Shown here piece after piece: positions 9,773 to 21,334 of a stretch of 64,000 nucleotides of DNA (positions within the stretch are counted from its first letter, which is position 1; each line of letters starts with the position of its first letter). Position numbers and translations under genes: made by a program. The stretch is from Candidatus Zambryskiibacteriota bacterium (GTDB lineage: Bacteria > Patescibacteriota > Minisyncoccia > Phycocordibacterales > WO2-35-19). The stretch is from assembly GCA_048499675.1 (NCBI GenBank), contig JASNZL010000004.1, forward strand, positions 28,463-92,462, written 5' to 3'. The notes under the pieces were generated by a model. That model did not search any database. It was given only the letters and a program-made list of their open reading frames with translations, and was not told the DNA's origin.

Positions 9773-10273
9773 ATGTTAATGGTAAGACTTCAAAGAGTTG
9801 GAAGAAAGCACGAGCCTGTTTTTAGGCTTGTTTTGACTGACTCAAAAAATAGCCCGAAAAGTGGTAAATTCCTAGAAATTCTAGGTAATTTTGATGCAAG
9901 AAGGGGAGACAAATCAGAATTTAAAGCTGACAGAATAAAGCACTGGATTTCAAACGGTGCACAAGTTTCTGACACAGTTCACAATTTACTGATTGATAAA
10001 AAAATTATAGAAGGTAAAAAAATAAATAAACTACCAAAAAAGCAAGCAATTGTGAAAGAAAAAACTGAGACTGATTCACCTAAAACATCGTCACCTAGCG
10101 AAGAAGCTACAGCTGGAGAAACAGTCGAGTCAAAAGAAGAAAATGTAGATGCTACAGAATCTAAAACAGAAGAAGTTGTAACTACAGATAAATCGGAAGA
10201 AGCAATTACCGAATCAGAAGTATCTGAAGAAAAAACCCCTGTTCTTGAAGGTGAGTCAGAAAAGACAGCTTAA
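9773..10273 (+). CDS. rpsP: 30S ribosomal protein S16 with a long acidic, S/T/E-rich C-terminal extension
   Basis: MVRLQRVGRKHEPVFRLVLTDSKNSPKSGKFLEILGNFD is S16. The protein is 166 aa against about 85 aa typical. Confidence 0.9.
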   Translation: MLMVRLQRVGRKHEPVFRLVLTDSKNSPKSGKFLEILGNFDARRGDKSEFKADRIKHWISNGAQVSDTVHNLLIDKKIIEGKKINKLPKKQAIVKEKTETDSPKTSSPSEEATAGETVESKEENVDATESKTEEVVTTDKSEEAITESEVSEEKTPVLEGESEKTA

Positions 10274-10398
10274 TTGTTATAACAAAATCATATTAAGCAA
10301 TCCACATCTTTTGCTTTTTATTTGGAATATTATATACTTATTCAATAGGGACTGGCAGAGATATGCCAATTTCCGGATTATTAATTTATTAAACAGAA

Positions 10399-10716
10399 AT
10401 GGAACAAGACGCACAATTTTTAGATTTTGTGGTAAAAGGATTGGTAGACCATCCTGAGGCGGTAAAAATTACAAGAACAGTTGACGAGATGGGAGTACTT
10501 TTAAATCTAGATGTACACCCAGATGATATGGGTAAAATAATCGGTAGAAGTGGTAACACTGCAAAAGCGATAAGAATTTTACTTAGAGTTGTTGGAATGA
10601 AAAACAACGCTAGGGTAAACCTAAAAATCAACGAACCAGAAGGAGGTAGAAGGAGAGAATCTTCTGAGTCACAAATGAAATCAGTTGACGATGTAATGGA
10701 AGATTTGAAACTATAA
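10399..10716 (+). CDS. KH-domain RNA-binding protein (YlqC/KhpA-like)
   Basis: IGRSGNTAKAIRILLRV contains the GxxG KH motif, in the conserved position between rpsP and trmD. Confidence 0.8.
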   Translation: MEQDAQFLDFVVKGLVDHPEAVKITRTVDEMGVLLNLDVHPDDMGKIIGRSGNTAKAIRILLRVVGMKNNARVNLKINEPEGGRRRESSESQMKSVDDVMEDLKL

Positions 10717-10832
10717 ATCGAGTTGCGAAGTACGAGATACGTGTAACAAAAAACAAAAAAGTCCTTAGTGGACTTTTTTGTTTTATTGTGTTATCTTTAA
10801 TATAAGCTTTAAGCCCTTATCTCTAAGTTTTT

Positions 10833-11480
10833 ATGAATTTTCATATTATTACACTGTTTCCGGAATCATTTGATTCGTATGTAAAATCATCCATTATTGG
10901 ACGAGCCATTTTTGATAAAAAAATAAAAATTAAATATTATAATCCTAGAGATTTTTCAGACAACAAATTTAAACACATTGACCAGAAACCATATAGTGGT
11001 GGTCCCGGAATGGTGATACAAGCGTTACCAGTAATTAAAGCGATTGAGAAGGCTTCTAAAAATAAAACCCCTCTGATTATTTGGCTTAGTCCATCAGGTA
11101 AACAATTTAATACCGAGTATGCCAAAAAAACTGCTAAAAAATATAAAGATATAATAATTATTTGCGGTAGATACGAGGGAATTGACGAGAGAGTAAGAAA
11201 AATATTTAAAACAGAATCCTTGTCAATTGGACCATATGTTTTGACTGGTGGTGAATTGCCAGCAATGGTAATTATGGACTCAATCTCTCGCCAAATAGAA
11301 GGAGTTCTTGGTAATTTCAAATCATTAGAGGAGTCTAGAGTATCGTCCCCAGAAACCTATACTCGTCCAGAGGTTTTGGAATATAAAGGCAAAAAATATA
11401 AAGTACCGAAGGTATTACTATCTGGTAATCATAAAAAAATAGAAGAGTGGCGAGATAAAAAAAGATCTAAAAATAATTAA
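10833..11480 (+). CDS. trmD: tRNA (guanine37-N1)-methyltransferase
   Basis: MNFHIITLFPESF..., GRYEGIDERV and GGELPAMV are TrmD signatures. Confidence 0.9.
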   Translation: MNFHIITLFPESFDSYVKSSIIGRAIFDKKIKIKYYNPRDFSDNKFKHIDQKPYSGGPGMVIQALPVIKAIEKASKNKTPLIIWLSPSGKQFNTEYAKKTAKKYKDIIIICGRYEGIDERVRKIFKTESLSIGPYVLTGGELPAMVIMDSISRQIEGVLGNFKSLEESRVSSPETYTRPEVLEYKGKKYKVPKVLLSGNHKKIEEWRDKKRSKNN

Positions 11481-11504
11481 TTCTATCTGTCTAATATTAT
11501 AAAC

Positions 11505-11546
11505 AACCCAGCCCTAATTCGTTTGAATTAGGGCTGGGTTTCTCAA
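11505..11546 (+). terminator. Intrinsic terminator after trmD
   Basis: A 16 bp perfect stem (aacccagccctaattc / gaattagggctgggtt) with a 4 nt loop and a following T-rich tract. Confidence 0.65.
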
Positions 11547-11817
11547 CATATGGCGCAAAAAATACGCGTAATTTCCGCGCATAAACGTTAAGCCAAAAGA
11601 GAAATGCATTGTTTCTTTATACAAGAAAGCGGTGGACTTCTCTCTTGGTTTATAAATAACTAGTCCTTGAATATATTAACACAAGAAAATTAATATAAAA
11701 GTGCAAAACTACTTAAACAAAAGATTTAGATAGTTTTCAAGTCTCTACATCCAAAGATATATACAGATAATCCACCATATAGAGTGTAATAAATAATTAA
11801 TTGTTTATAATATAAAT

Positions 11818-12234
11818 ATGCAATGGATAATATATGCAATCGCTTCGGCAGTTTTTGCTTCTCTGGTAGCAATATTTGGCAAAATTGGGCTAAAGGAGAT
11901 TGATTCAACACTTGCAACAACAGTGAGAGCTGTAGTGATGGCGCTATTTTTAGTTATAGTTGCCTTTTCATTAAACAAATTTGAAGCTATTGAAACAATT
12001 ACCGGCAAACCACTACTATTCATAATTTTATCTGGAGTTGCGGGCGCACTATCTTGGTTATTTTACTTTTTTGCTATCAAAACGGGCCCGGTTTCTGGAG
12101 TAGTTGCGATAGACAGGACTTCAGTAGTATTTGCCATAGTTCTTGCAGCGCTTTTTTTGGGAGAAACTTTGACAGTAAAAACGGTTCTGGGTGGCTTGCT
12201 TATTCTTGGTGGAGCTTTACTTGTAGCTTTGTAA
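11818..12234 (+). CDS. Small DMT-superfamily (single EamA domain) membrane transporter
   Basis: 138 aa with four TM helices and an EamA-like profile. Confidence 0.55.
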   Translation: MQWIIYAIASAVFASLVAIFGKIGLKEIDSTLATTVRAVVMALFLVIVAFSLNKFEAIETITGKPLLFIILSGVAGALSWLFYFFAIKTGPVSGVVAIDRTSVVFAIVLAALFLGETLTVKTVLGGLLILGGALLVAL

Positions 12235-12259
12235 AAAATTATTAGTTTAATTTATCAAA

Positions 12260-12415
12260 ATGGAGGGATTTAATAATGAACCACAACTAAGTAAGCTTGA
12301 ACAAGCAGAAAAAGCAATCTTTGATTATTTTGGAAACTTGCCAAATCTAGCAATAGAGCGAGTTATAGATAGTCCAAATTATAACAGTTTAAGCGAAAGA
12401 GTTGATTTTTAATTT
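12260..12415 (+). CDS. Small hypothetical protein (51 aa), not in the ORF track
   Basis: atg at 12260 is preceded by ggaggg. It reads MEGFNNEPQLSKLEQAEKAIFDYFGNLPNLAIERVIDSPNYNSLSERVDF and ends 5 nt before the next gene. Confidence 0.25.
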
Positions 12416-12420
12416 TTATA

Positions 12421-12717
12421 ATGAAAAATCCAATTAAAAACGAGCTTGACTTCCTTATAGCTCAAACTCAAAACGAAACGGACATAGCAAAGGAAATCGT
12501 GGAGAGCATAAGGAAGAAAAAAGATTACCACGAAGAAAAACTAGCATTAAAGATGCTTGAATTTTATAAGTGCGAGGAGAAACTCATATCCCTTTATGCA
12601 GAAGCAAAAAACACTTATCCTTTACTTGCTGAACTGATGGAAAACAAAAGACCATACCTTAAGGAAATGCTAGAAGAAGCAAAGAGGTTGTATGAGAAGA
12701 ATATTTTAGGAAAATAA
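12421..12717 (+). CDS. Hypothetical helical protein
   Basis: 98 aa ORF with no homology recognised. Confidence 0.3.
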   Translation: MKNPIKNELDFLIAQTQNETDIAKEIVESIRKKKDYHEEKLALKMLEFYKCEEKLISLYAEAKNTYPLLAELMENKRPYLKEMLEEAKRLYEKNILGK

Positions 12718-12826
12718 TTTTCAATTCATAATTTTGTAATTTTTTAATGAATTTTCATTGTATTAATTTTAAAATTACAAATTTATTCATTATTTAAAAA
12801 TTTTAAATTAAAAATTAAAAATTTTT

Positions 12827-13906
12827 ATGCACATAAATACCGATTTATTAGAAAAACATTTAAACAACATCCGAGAGCTACAGGCACCAACTGGTCTTTT
12901 TCTTGCCTCTCGCAGTGACGTTAGTACGGGATACAACAAAGCGTGGCTTCGGGATAATTTCTACACCTGTCTGGCTTTTGAGGAAATTAATGATATTGAA
13001 ACTGTAAAAAAAACATGGAAAGCAATACTGCAAATTTTTACAAAGCATAAAGATAAATTGAAGTGGGCTTCTGCAAACAAACCGTACGAAACTTTTCAAT
13101 ACATACATGCTCGCTACAATCCAGAAACATTTGAGGAATTTTGGGAAGAATGGGGGAATAAGCAAAATGATGCAGTTGGAGCCATTCTATTTAAGATTGG
13201 AGGTTTGGAGAAAAAGGATATAAAAATAATAGAGACCGAGGAAGAAAAAGAAGTAGTACAAGAACTAATTAATTATCTTGGATCTATAGAGTATTGGCAT
13301 GATCCAGATAATGGAGTATGGGAAGAATATGAGGAGGTTCATGCTTCTTCTGTTGGGGCTTGTATTGCCGGTCTCCGCACCATATCTAAACTTGGTATTT
13401 TTGATGTTCCCCTTGAGTGGATAGAAAAAGGAGAAGAATCATTAGAACAACTTTTACCAAGAGAATCCAGAACAAAATTCGTTGATTTGGCGCAACTTTC
13501 TCTTATTTATCCATTTAATGTAGTACCAGAAAAAATGGCGCGAGAAATAGTAAGACACTTAGAATACCACCTCGAAAAAGATAGGGGAGTAATAAGATAC
13601 AAAAACGACAGGTATTACAACAAGAATGCTGATGGATATAGTGAAGAGGCGGAATGGTGTTTTGGTTTTCCTTGGCTTTCTATTATTTATGATTACTGGG
13701 CAAATGATAAATTAAAGTTTGGCAATATTACTGATGAAGATGACGCTCGAAAAGCAAAAGAATATTTAGAGAAAAGTGTGAGAACGATACACAATGATAA
13801 AATTCCTGAACTCTATTACTCAGATTCAGAAGTACCAAATGATAATACTCCGCTAGGTTGGGCTGAGTCACTTTTTGTAGTAGCTCTATTAAAATCAGGA
13901 TTGTAA
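12827..13906 (+). CDS. Glycoside hydrolase family 15-like (glucoamylase/trehalase-like alpha/alpha barrel) protein
   Basis: NKAWLRDNFY and HDPDNGVWEEYEE resemble the GH15 catalytic-acid region (xWEE). Confidence 0.5.
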   Translation: MHINTDLLEKHLNNIRELQAPTGLFLASRSDVSTGYNKAWLRDNFYTCLAFEEINDIETVKKTWKAILQIFTKHKDKLKWASANKPYETFQYIHARYNPETFEEFWEEWGNKQNDAVGAILFKIGGLEKKDIKIIETEEEKEVVQELINYLGSIEYWHDPDNGVWEEYEEVHASSVGACIAGLRTISKLGIFDVPLEWIEKGEESLEQLLPRESRTKFVDLAQLSLIYPFNVVPEKMAREIVRHLEYHLEKDRGVIRYKNDRYYNKNADGYSEEAEWCFGFPWLSIIYDYWANDKLKFGNITDEDDARKAKEYLEKSVRTIHNDKIPELYYSDSEVPNDNTPLGWAESLFVVALLKSGL

Positions 13907-13991
13907 ATGTAAAGAATTTTCACTCTCCTTGTAAGAGTTTTAGTTTTGTAATTTTATATATATAAAAGTTAAATAAAAATTCACTATAGGT

Positions 13992-14075
13992 TTATCCACA
14001 CCATAGTAAATTTTGGAATTATTGTGCATTTATCCACAAAGGGAGACGTCAAAATCTACTCAAGGGTTATCCACA
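13992..14075 (+). promoter_or_regulatory. Three consensus DnaA boxes (TTATCCACA) in direct orientation, upstream of the rpoB promoter
   Basis: ttatccaca occurs at 13992-14000, 14030-14038 and 14067-14075. A fourth, one-mismatch box in reverse orientation (ttatcaaca) lies at about 14165-14173. Confidence 0.6.
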
Positions 14076-14082
14076 ATAGATA

Positions 14083-14125
14083 TTGACAATCCTTGACTTA
14101 TTTATCTATTTGTATATACTATAAT
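14083..14125 (+). promoter_or_regulatory. Candidate sigma-70 promoter for rpoBC
   Basis: ttgaca at 14083-14088, ttgact at 14093-14098, then tatact/tataat at 14115-14125. Confidence 0.4.
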
Positions 14126-14360
14126 TTAACTATTGAAGGATGAGTTGTGGCTTGTCAATGGTGGGTGTTGATAACCCGAAAAATGCCTTATTTTTCCGTC
14201 TAATTTAGCGGACTACCATAAGGTAATTACAAGCGAATTCTCTTAATTTTGATTCAACAATCAATATCAGTATAAATATGTAAATACAATGTTCCCCAAT
14301 TAATTGGGGTCAGTTTTGTTTGTGTAATTTTTAATAAATTGAATATTAATAAAATAAAAT

Positions 14361-17300
14361 ATGAGTAACACCAGAACAAAAGATAACCTGACAACCAAGA
14401 CACTGTTTCCCAAAAAATATTTTGGACACTTCAGGGAACCTCTAGCCCCTATGCCGAATCTTGTAGAAGATCAACTAAAATCTTTTAGTTGGCTGATCGA
14501 AAAGGGGATAAAGGAAGTTATGGATGAGTTTGCTGTGATAAACGACTTCACTGGTAAAAAATTTAAATTTGAATTTTTAGGTTTTGAACTTGAAAAACCT
14601 AAATACGATGAATACTATGCAAAAGACAAAAAGTTATCCTATGAAGCGCCACTCAAAGTAAGAGTAAAACTGACAAACAAAACTCTGAATATAGAGAAAG
14701 AACAAGAGTTGTATATCGCAGAATTTCCTATGATGACACCTCATGGCACATTTATAGTAAGCGGTATTGAGAGGGTGATTGTTCCGCAGTTGGCGCGCTC
14801 TTTTGGTGTTTTCTTTACAAATACAGAAATCAAAGGCAAATCTCTATTCGGGGCAAAAATAATACCTTCTAGAGGCGCATGGATTGAAATAGAGACAGAT
14901 GCTGATAAAACTATATATGTAAGAATTGATAGAAAAAGAAAATTTCCGGTTACATCTCTCTTAAGAGCATTTGGAGCTGAAACAGATTCAGAAATATTTG
15001 AACTATTCAAAGATAATCCAGATGCAAAAGAATATATAGAGAAGTCTCTCGCTAAGGATCACGCAAAAACAGCAGATGATTCCTTTGTAGAAATATACAG
15101 AAGACTTCGAGACGGTGACTTGGCAACAGCTGAAAATGCTAGAGAGTTTTTCAAAAACCTTTTTGAAGCAGAAAGATACGACTTACAAAAAGTTGGTAGA
15201 TTTAGATTTAACTCAAGATTTGGTTTACCTATAACAGGAAAAGAAGTAGAGCGAAAGACTCTAAACCTAAATGACATAAAACTTGTTGTTAACCAAATAA
15301 TAAACCTAAACATCACTCCAGGATCTATGGAAGATGACATAGATCACCTTGGAAGCAGAAGAGTGAGATATGTAGGTGAAATGTTACAGCAAAAGTTTAG
15401 AATGGGTATGGCTCAAATCAAGAGAAACATGCAAAACAGAATGTCTACTGTAGATACAGACATTACTCTTCCAGTTCAATTTTTAATGCCAAAACCACTA
15501 CAAGCAAGACTGAAAGAATTCTTCACAACAAACCAACTTTCTCAATTCATGAGTCAGGAAAACGCATTGTCCGAAATTGAGCACTTAAGACTGCTTTCTG
15601 CATTGGGTCCCGGTGGACTAAACAGAAGCCGTGCCGGATTTGAAGTTAGAGATGTGCATCATTCTCACTACGGCAGACTATGTCCAATCCACACTCCAGA
15701 AGGTCCAAACATTGGTCTTATTTTGCACTTGTCATTATATGCAAGAATAAATGAGTTTGGAATGATTGAGACTCCTTATGCAAAAGTTAAAAATGGAGTC
15801 GTAACAAAAGAAATAGAATATTTAAATGCTTTAGAAGAAGAGCGATTTGTTATTGCTCACGCTGCAGTTCCTAGAGATGATAGTGGTAAAATCACACCAG
15901 CAATGGTTGAAGCGAGAGTAAATGGTGAACCTGGATTGGTTGAAAAAAATAAAGTTGATTATATAGATGTTGCCACAAACCAAGCTTTCTCAATTGCAAC
16001 TTCTATGATTCCTTTCTTAAACCATGACGACGCAAACAGAGCACTCATGGGATCAAACATGCAGAAACAAGCAACCCCTTGTGTAGAACCAGAAGCACCT
16101 TTGGTTGCTACTGGAATAGAAAGTTTTGCAATGAGAGACACAGGTAGACTCATTATCGCAGAAAAAGACGGCGAGGTTACAAAAGTTGACGGTTCTACTA
16201 TAGAAACAACTGATTCAAAAGGTGAAAAAACTACTTATAAACTAATAAGTTTCTCAAAAACAAACAATTCGACATGTTTCCACCAGAGACCTATTGTAAA
16301 TATAAACCAAAAAGTAAAGAAAGGTGATGTGCTTGCAGACACACTAACAAGTGAACAAGGTGAGATGGCCTTGGGACAAAATATGCTTGTTGCATTCTTG
16401 TCATGGTCTGGAGCAAACTACGAAGACGCGATAATTATTTCAGAAAGAGTCATAAAAGAAAATAAATTTACTACAGTTCACATAGATGAAGTTGTTGTAA
16501 GTGTAAGAGATACAAAACTTGGACCAGAAGTCACAACTTGCGACATTCCAAACGTAGGTGAAGCAAAATTAAAAAACCTAGCAGAAGATGGAATAATAAG
16601 AATTGGAGCAGAAGTTCATCCTGGAGATATTTTAGTTGGTAAAATCACACCTAAAGGCGAGAGTCAACTTACCCCAGAAGAAAGATTACTTAGATCTCTT
16701 TTTGGAGAAAAAGCTAGAGACGTAAAAGATACTTCAAAGAGAGTTGAGGGTGGTAAAAAAGGAAGGATTATAAATGTCCAAGTTTTCTCAAGAGAAAATG
16801 GCGATAAACTTGAATCTGGAATTATAAAAAGAATCCACATTGAAATCGCTCAATTAAGAAACGTTTCAGTTGGAGACAAGTTGGCCGGAAGACACGGTAA
16901 CAAAGGAGTTATATCAAGAATTCTACCAGTTGAAGATATGCCATATTCTAAAGATGGAACTCCTGTGGATGTTATCTTAACACCACTTGGTGTGCCTTCA
17001 AGAATGAACCTGGGCCAGATTTTGGAATTACACTTGGGACTTGCCGCAAAGACATTGGGCTACCAAGCAATCGTCCCACCATTTGCTGGAGCAACAACAA
17101 AAGAAATTGAGGAAGAATTAAAAAAAGCGGGGCAAAACGAGAACGGAAAAATACAACTATTTGATGGAAGAACAGGTGAAGCGTTTATGCAAGAAACTGC
17201 TGTTGGTTATATGTATATCCTCAAACTTAACCATATGGTTGAAGATAAAATTCACATGCGATCAATCGGACCATATTCTCTCATCACTCAACAGCCACTT

Positions 17301-17588
17301 GGAGGAAAAGCCCAAGGAGGAGGTCAACGATTTGGAGAGATGGAAGTCTGGGCACTTTTGGGACATGGGGCATCACACACACTCCGAGAAATGTTAACGA
17401 TCAAATCAGATGACATATTGGGCAGAAGTGCAGCATTTGATGCAATAGTGAAGGGAGAAAGAATAAAAATAGATAACATCCCTGCCGCCTTTAATGTTTT
17501 GATTAGCAACCTAAGAGGATTATCGCTAAATGTTGAACTTGAAAACAAAAATGGTCAAAAATTAGAAGCAAACGAGAAAATTAATTAA
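14361..17588 (+). CDS. rpoB: DNA-directed RNA polymerase subunit beta
   Basis: 1075 aa carrying the canonical beta-subunit motifs. Confidence 0.97.
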   Translation: MSNTRTKDNLTTKTLFPKKYFGHFREPLAPMPNLVEDQLKSFSWLIEKGIKEVMDEFAVINDFTGKKFKFEFLGFELEKPKYDEYYAKDKKLSYEAPLKVRVKLTNKTLNIEKEQELYIAEFPMMTPHGTFIVSGIERVIVPQLARSFGVFFTNTEIKGKSLFGAKIIPSRGAWIEIETDADKTIYVRIDRKRKFPVTSLLRAFGAETDSEIFELFKDNPDAKEYIEKSLAKDHAKTADDSFVEIYRRLRDGDLATAENAREFFKNLFEAERYDLQKVGRFRFNSRFGLPITGKEVERKTLNLNDIKLVVNQIINLNITPGSMEDDIDHLGSRRVRYVGEMLQQKFRMGMAQIKRNMQNRMSTVDTDITLPVQFLMPKPLQARLKEFFTTNQLSQFMSQENALSEIEHLRLLSALGPGGLNRSRAGFEVRDVHHSHYGRLCPIHTPEGPNIGLILHLSLYARINEFGMIETPYAKVKNGVVTKEIEYLNALEEERFVIAHAAVPRDDSGKITPAMVEARVNGEPGLVEKNKVDYIDVATNQAFSIATSMIPFLNHDDANRALMGSNMQKQATPCVEPEAPLVATGIESFAMRDTGRLIIAEKDGEVTKVDGSTIETTDSKGEKTTYKLISFSKTNNSTCFHQRPIVNINQKVKKGDVLADTLTSEQGEMALGQNMLVAFLSWSGANYEDAIIISERVIKENKFTTVHIDEVVVSVRDTKLGPEVTTCDIPNVGEAKLKNLAEDGIIRIGAEVHPGDILVGKITPKGESQLTPEERLLRSLFGEKARDVKDTSKRVEGGKKGRIINVQVFSRENGDKLESGIIKRIHIEIAQLRNVSVGDKLAGRHGNKGVISRILPVEDMPYSKDGTPVDVILTPLGVPSRMNLGQILELHLGLAAKTLGYQAIVPPFAGATTKEIEEELKKAGQNENGKIQLFDGRTGEAFMQETAVGYMYILKLNHMVEDKIHMRSIGPYSLITQQPLGGKAQGGGQRFGEMEVWALLGHGASHTLREMLTIKSDDILGRSAAFDAIVKGERIKIDNIPAAFNVLISNLRGLSLNVELENKNGQKLEANEKIN

Positions 17589-17594
17589 AAAAAT

Positions 17595-20500
17595 ATGCAA
17601 AATAGAATTCAAAACATAAATGATTTCGACATAATGAAGCTCTCGTTAGCTTCTCCTGAAGCAATAAAAAATTGGTCTTTTGGCGAAATTACAAAACCAG
17701 AAACAATAAACTACAGAACACAAAGAAGTGAAAGAAACGGTCTATTTGATGAAAAAATATTTGGTCCAGACAAAGATTATGAGTGCTACTGTGGTAAATA
17801 CAAAGGCATAAGATATAAAGGAATTGTCTGTGAAAAATGCGGAGTAGAAATCACTAGATCAATTGTGAGGAGAGAAAGAATGGGTCACATCGATTTGGCG
17901 GCACCCGTGTCACACATCTGGTTTCTAAAGAGTATGCCATCAAGAATAGCTCTTTTGCTTGGTACAACCACTTCTGAGGTTGAAAAGGTAATATACTTTG
18001 CTGGATACATAATCACAAAAGTTTCAAACGAAGAGAAACAAACTATCCTAAAAGAACTAGACATTGAGTTCAAATCAAAAATAAAACTTTTAACTGATGA
18101 AAAACATAAGGAAGCCCTAAAAGAAAAATTAGTCGAAACAAAAAGAGAAATTGACGGTATAGTAGAAGGAAGAGTTATAGATGAGGTTGTTTATCATAAC
18201 TACTCAGTTAAATATGGTACTTTGTTTGAGGCAGAAATTGGAGCTGAAGCTATTTACAATATATTCAAGACAATTGACCTAAACAAACTTGAAGCAAACA
18301 TAAAAGCAGAACTTGAAAAATCAAAATCTGCAGACACAACAAAAATAGCAAAGAGACTTTCTGTTGTTCAAGCAATGATTAGATCAAACACTAGACCAGA
18401 GTGGATGTTTTTGACTAAGATTCCAGTTATTCCTCCAGCAATGAGACCAATGGTTCCACTAGACGGAGGAAGATACGCAACAAGCGATGTAAACGATCTT
18501 TATAGAAGAGTTATAAACAGAAATAACCGATTGAAAAAACTAAAAGAGATAAGCGCTCCAGATGTAATCCTCAGAAACGAAAAAAGAATTCTACAAGAAG
18601 CCGTAGACGCACTCATAGATAACTCAATCAGACACAGTAGTAACCAGCAACAAAATAGTCAAGCAAACAAAGCTAGAGACTTGAAATCCCTTGCTGATAA
18701 CCTAAAAGGTAAGCGAGGACTATTTAGACAAAACCTACTCGGAAAAAGAGTTGATTACTCTAGTAGGTCTGTTATTGTTGTTGGACCTAGTTTGAAACTA
18801 CACCAATGCGGTTTACCAAAACATATGGCACTTGAATTGTTTAAACCTTTTGTTGTATCAGAACTTTTGAAACAGGAACTTGCTTACAACGTAAGAGGAG
18901 CTAGCAGATTAATTGAAGACAAAATACCAGAAGTTTGGGCGATTCTTGAGGATATAATTAAGAAAAAATATGTATTACTAAACCGAGCACCAACTTTGCA
19001 CAGATTGGGCATACAAGCTTTTAAACCTATACTTATTGAAGGAAACGCTATTCAAGTACATCCCCTAGTTTGTAATGCGTTTAACGCTGACTTTGATGGT
19101 GACCAGATGGCTGTTCACGTACCACTTTCACCGGAGGCGCAACTTGAAGCTGAGATGATAATGTCATCTGACAAAAACATCTTAAAACCAGGTAGTGGTG
19201 ATTCTACAATATCTAACAAACCACTAGACATAATTCTTGGATGTTACTGGATGACCAAGGATGTATCAGGAGAAAAAGGTGAGGGCATGATATTTGAAAG
19301 TCCAAACAGTGCAATTACTGCACATGATTTTGACATTGTAGATTTCAGAGCAAAAATAAAGGTTTTGGGTACCGATTCTCCAAAATACGCAAAATTTGAA
19401 GGGCAAGTTTTTGAAACATCAGTAGGAAGATTATTGTTCAACTCAGTATTACCAAACGACTATCCATTTATTAACGGAGAAATAAACAAGAAAAAACTCT
19501 CTTCTATTATCGACGAATTAATCCAGCTCTATGGAATTGAATCAATTCCACCAATAATGGATAAAATTAAAGACTTCGGCTTCAAATACGCAACAGTATC
19601 AGGAACAACTTGGAGCATTGGCGATATTAACGTGCCAGAAAACAAAAAAGAAATCATTGAAGAAGCTAAAGAAAAAGTTTCTCTGATTCAGGAACAATAT
19701 GAATCAGGACTTCTATCACATAATGAGAAAAGAGCAAAAAATATAGAGAGATGGACACTTGTGAAAGATGAAATTCAAAAATCACTCCAAGATTCTATGG
19801 ACAAAAAAGGTTCGGTCTTTGATCTTGTAAAATCAGAAGCTAGAGGTTCAATGGGTCAGCTAACTCAAATGGCCGGAATGAAAGGTCTTATTGTTAACAC
19901 AGCAGGAGAAACTATTGATTTCCCAATTACTTCTTCATATAAAGAAGGGTTAAATCCGATTGAATACTTCATTACCACTCACGGCGCCAGAAAAGGTTTG
20001 TCAGATACAGCTCTTAATACAGCAAAAGCTGGTTACCTAACTAGAAAACTTTTTGATGTGGCACAAGATTGTATTATCCCCGAGGAAGATTGTGGTAGCA
20101 AGGAAGGTATATTACTAAGCAATGTTACATCTTCGGGTATCGAAGTTTCTATTGCTAAAATTTCAAAAGGAAGATTTCTTGCAGAAGATCTAAAAGATGA
20201 GCAGGGGAACGTACTCTTTAAGAGGAATCATTTTATCACTAGAGATGACGCGACTAAAATCGAGGAGAGTGGTATCAAGAGTTTAGTTGTCAGATCTCCT
20301 CTTACATGTAAAACCAACAATGGAGTTTGTGTACACTGTTATGGTTCAGACTTAGGAAAAAATAAAATCATCGAAGTTGGAGAAGCGGTGGGTACAGTTG
20401 CCGCCCAAGCCATTGGTGAACCGGGAACTCAGCTTACAATGAGAACCTTCCATGCCGGAGGAACAGCTTCAGTTGGCGGAGACATTACACAAGGTCTTCC

Positions 20501-21251
20501 GAGAGTTGAAGAAGTTTTTGAAAATAGATCACCAAAGAACCCAGCAGTAGTAGCTAGAGTCGACGGAATGGTAAGTGAGATAAAAATGGAAGGTAAAGAA
20601 AAAATAATAATCTTATTACCTGAACATGAGAATAAATCAAAAAATAATTCTGATACAGAATACAGTGTAAATTACAATCGTGTTGTCTTAGTTAAGAAAG
20701 GAGATAATGTTAAAAAAGGAGATATATTAACTGACGGTTCAGTAAATCTTGATGAATTGTTCAAATACGGTGGAAAAGAAAAAACACAGAATTATATAAT
20801 TCATGAAATTACCAAAATTTACGAGCTTCAAGGTGAACCTGTTTCTAGAAAACACATTGAAGTTATAATTAAACAAATGTTCTCTAGAATTAAAATACTT
20901 TCTCCAGGTGATACCAAATTCTCACAAGGAGACATAGTTCCATTAGCAGATATTATAGAAGAAAACGAAATAATGAAAGCAGAAGGAAAAGAAGAAGCAA
21001 AATCAGAGCCTCTACTTCTTGGAATTACAGAAGTGTCACTTTCAAGAACAAGCTTCCTGTCATCTGCTTCATTCCAACACACTACAAGAATGTTGATTCA
21101 AAACGCCCTACGAGGAACCGAAGATAATCTAAAAGGTCTAAAAGAAAATGTTATTATCGGTAGATTAATCCCAGCAGGATCTAACTTCAAAGGAAGTGGC
21201 AAGTATGAAATGCTGAACAAATTAAAAGAAGAGTTAGATAGAGCAAATTAA
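17595..21251 (+). CDS. rpoC: DNA-directed RNA polymerase subunit beta'
   Basis: 1218 aa. It has the Zn finger [20 protein letters not shown] and [12 protein letters not shown], the catalytic triad. Confidence 0.97.
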   Translation: MQNRIQNINDFDIMKLSLASPEAIKNWSFGEITKPETINYRTQRSERNGLFDEKIFGPDKDYECYCGKYKGIRYKGIVCEKCGVEITRSIVRRERMGHIDLAAPVSHIWFLKSMPSRIALLLGTTTSEVEKVIYFAGYIITKVSNEEKQTILKELDIEFKSKIKLLTDEKHKEALKEKLVETKREIDGIVEGRVIDEVVYHNYSVKYGTLFEAEIGAEAIYNIFKTIDLNKLEANIKAELEKSKSADTTKIAKRLSVVQAMIRSNTRPEWMFLTKIPVIPPAMRPMVPLDGGRYATSDVNDLYRRVINRNNRLKKLKEISAPDVILRNEKRILQEAVDALIDNSIRHSSNQQQNSQANKARDLKSLADNLKGKRGLFRQNLLGKRVDYSSRSVIVVGPSLKLHQCGLPKHMALELFKPFVVSELLKQELAYNVRGASRLIEDKIPEVWAILEDIIKKKYVLLNRAPTLHRLGIQAFKPILIEGNAIQVHPLVCNAFNADFDGDQMAVHVPLSPEAQLEAEMIMSSDKNILKPGSGDSTISNKPLDIILGCYWMTKDVSGEKGEGMIFESPNSAITAHDFDIVDFRAKIKVLGTDSPKYAKFEGQVFETSVGRLLFNSVLPNDYPFINGEINKKKLSSIIDELIQLYGIESIPPIMDKIKDFGFKYATVSGTTWSIGDINVPENKKEIIEEAKEKVSLIQEQYESGLLSHNEKRAKNIERWTLVKDEIQKSLQDSMDKKGSVFDLVKSEARGSMGQLTQMAGMKGLIVNTAGETIDFPITSSYKEGLNPIEYFITTHGARKGLSDTALNTAKAGYLTRKLFDVAQDCIIPEEDCGSKEGILLSNVTSSGIEVSIAKISKGRFLAEDLKDEQGNVLFKRNHFITRDDATKIEESGIKSLVVRSPLTCKTNNGVCVHCYGSDLGKNKIIEVGEAVGTVAAQAIGEPGTQLTMRTFHAGGTASVGGDITQGLPRVEEVFENRSPKNPAVVARVDGMVSEIKMEGKEKIIILLPEHENKSKNNSDTEYSVNYNRVVLVKKGDNVKKGDILTDGSVNLDELFKYGGKEKTQNYIIHEITKIYELQGEPVSRKHIEVIIKQMFSRIKILSPGDTKFSQGDIVPLADIIEENEIMKAEGKEEAKSEPLLLGITEVSLSRTSFLSSASFQHTTRMLIQNALRGTEDNLKGLKENVIIGRLIPAGSNFKGSGKYEMLNKLKEELDRAN

Positions 21252-21334
21252 AAGATTTGGAATTACACCTTTACTGACGGAAGTCCTGCTCTAAAACTTA
21301 GCCCCTTGTTTTAATTTTAATCTCCTAACCATAT

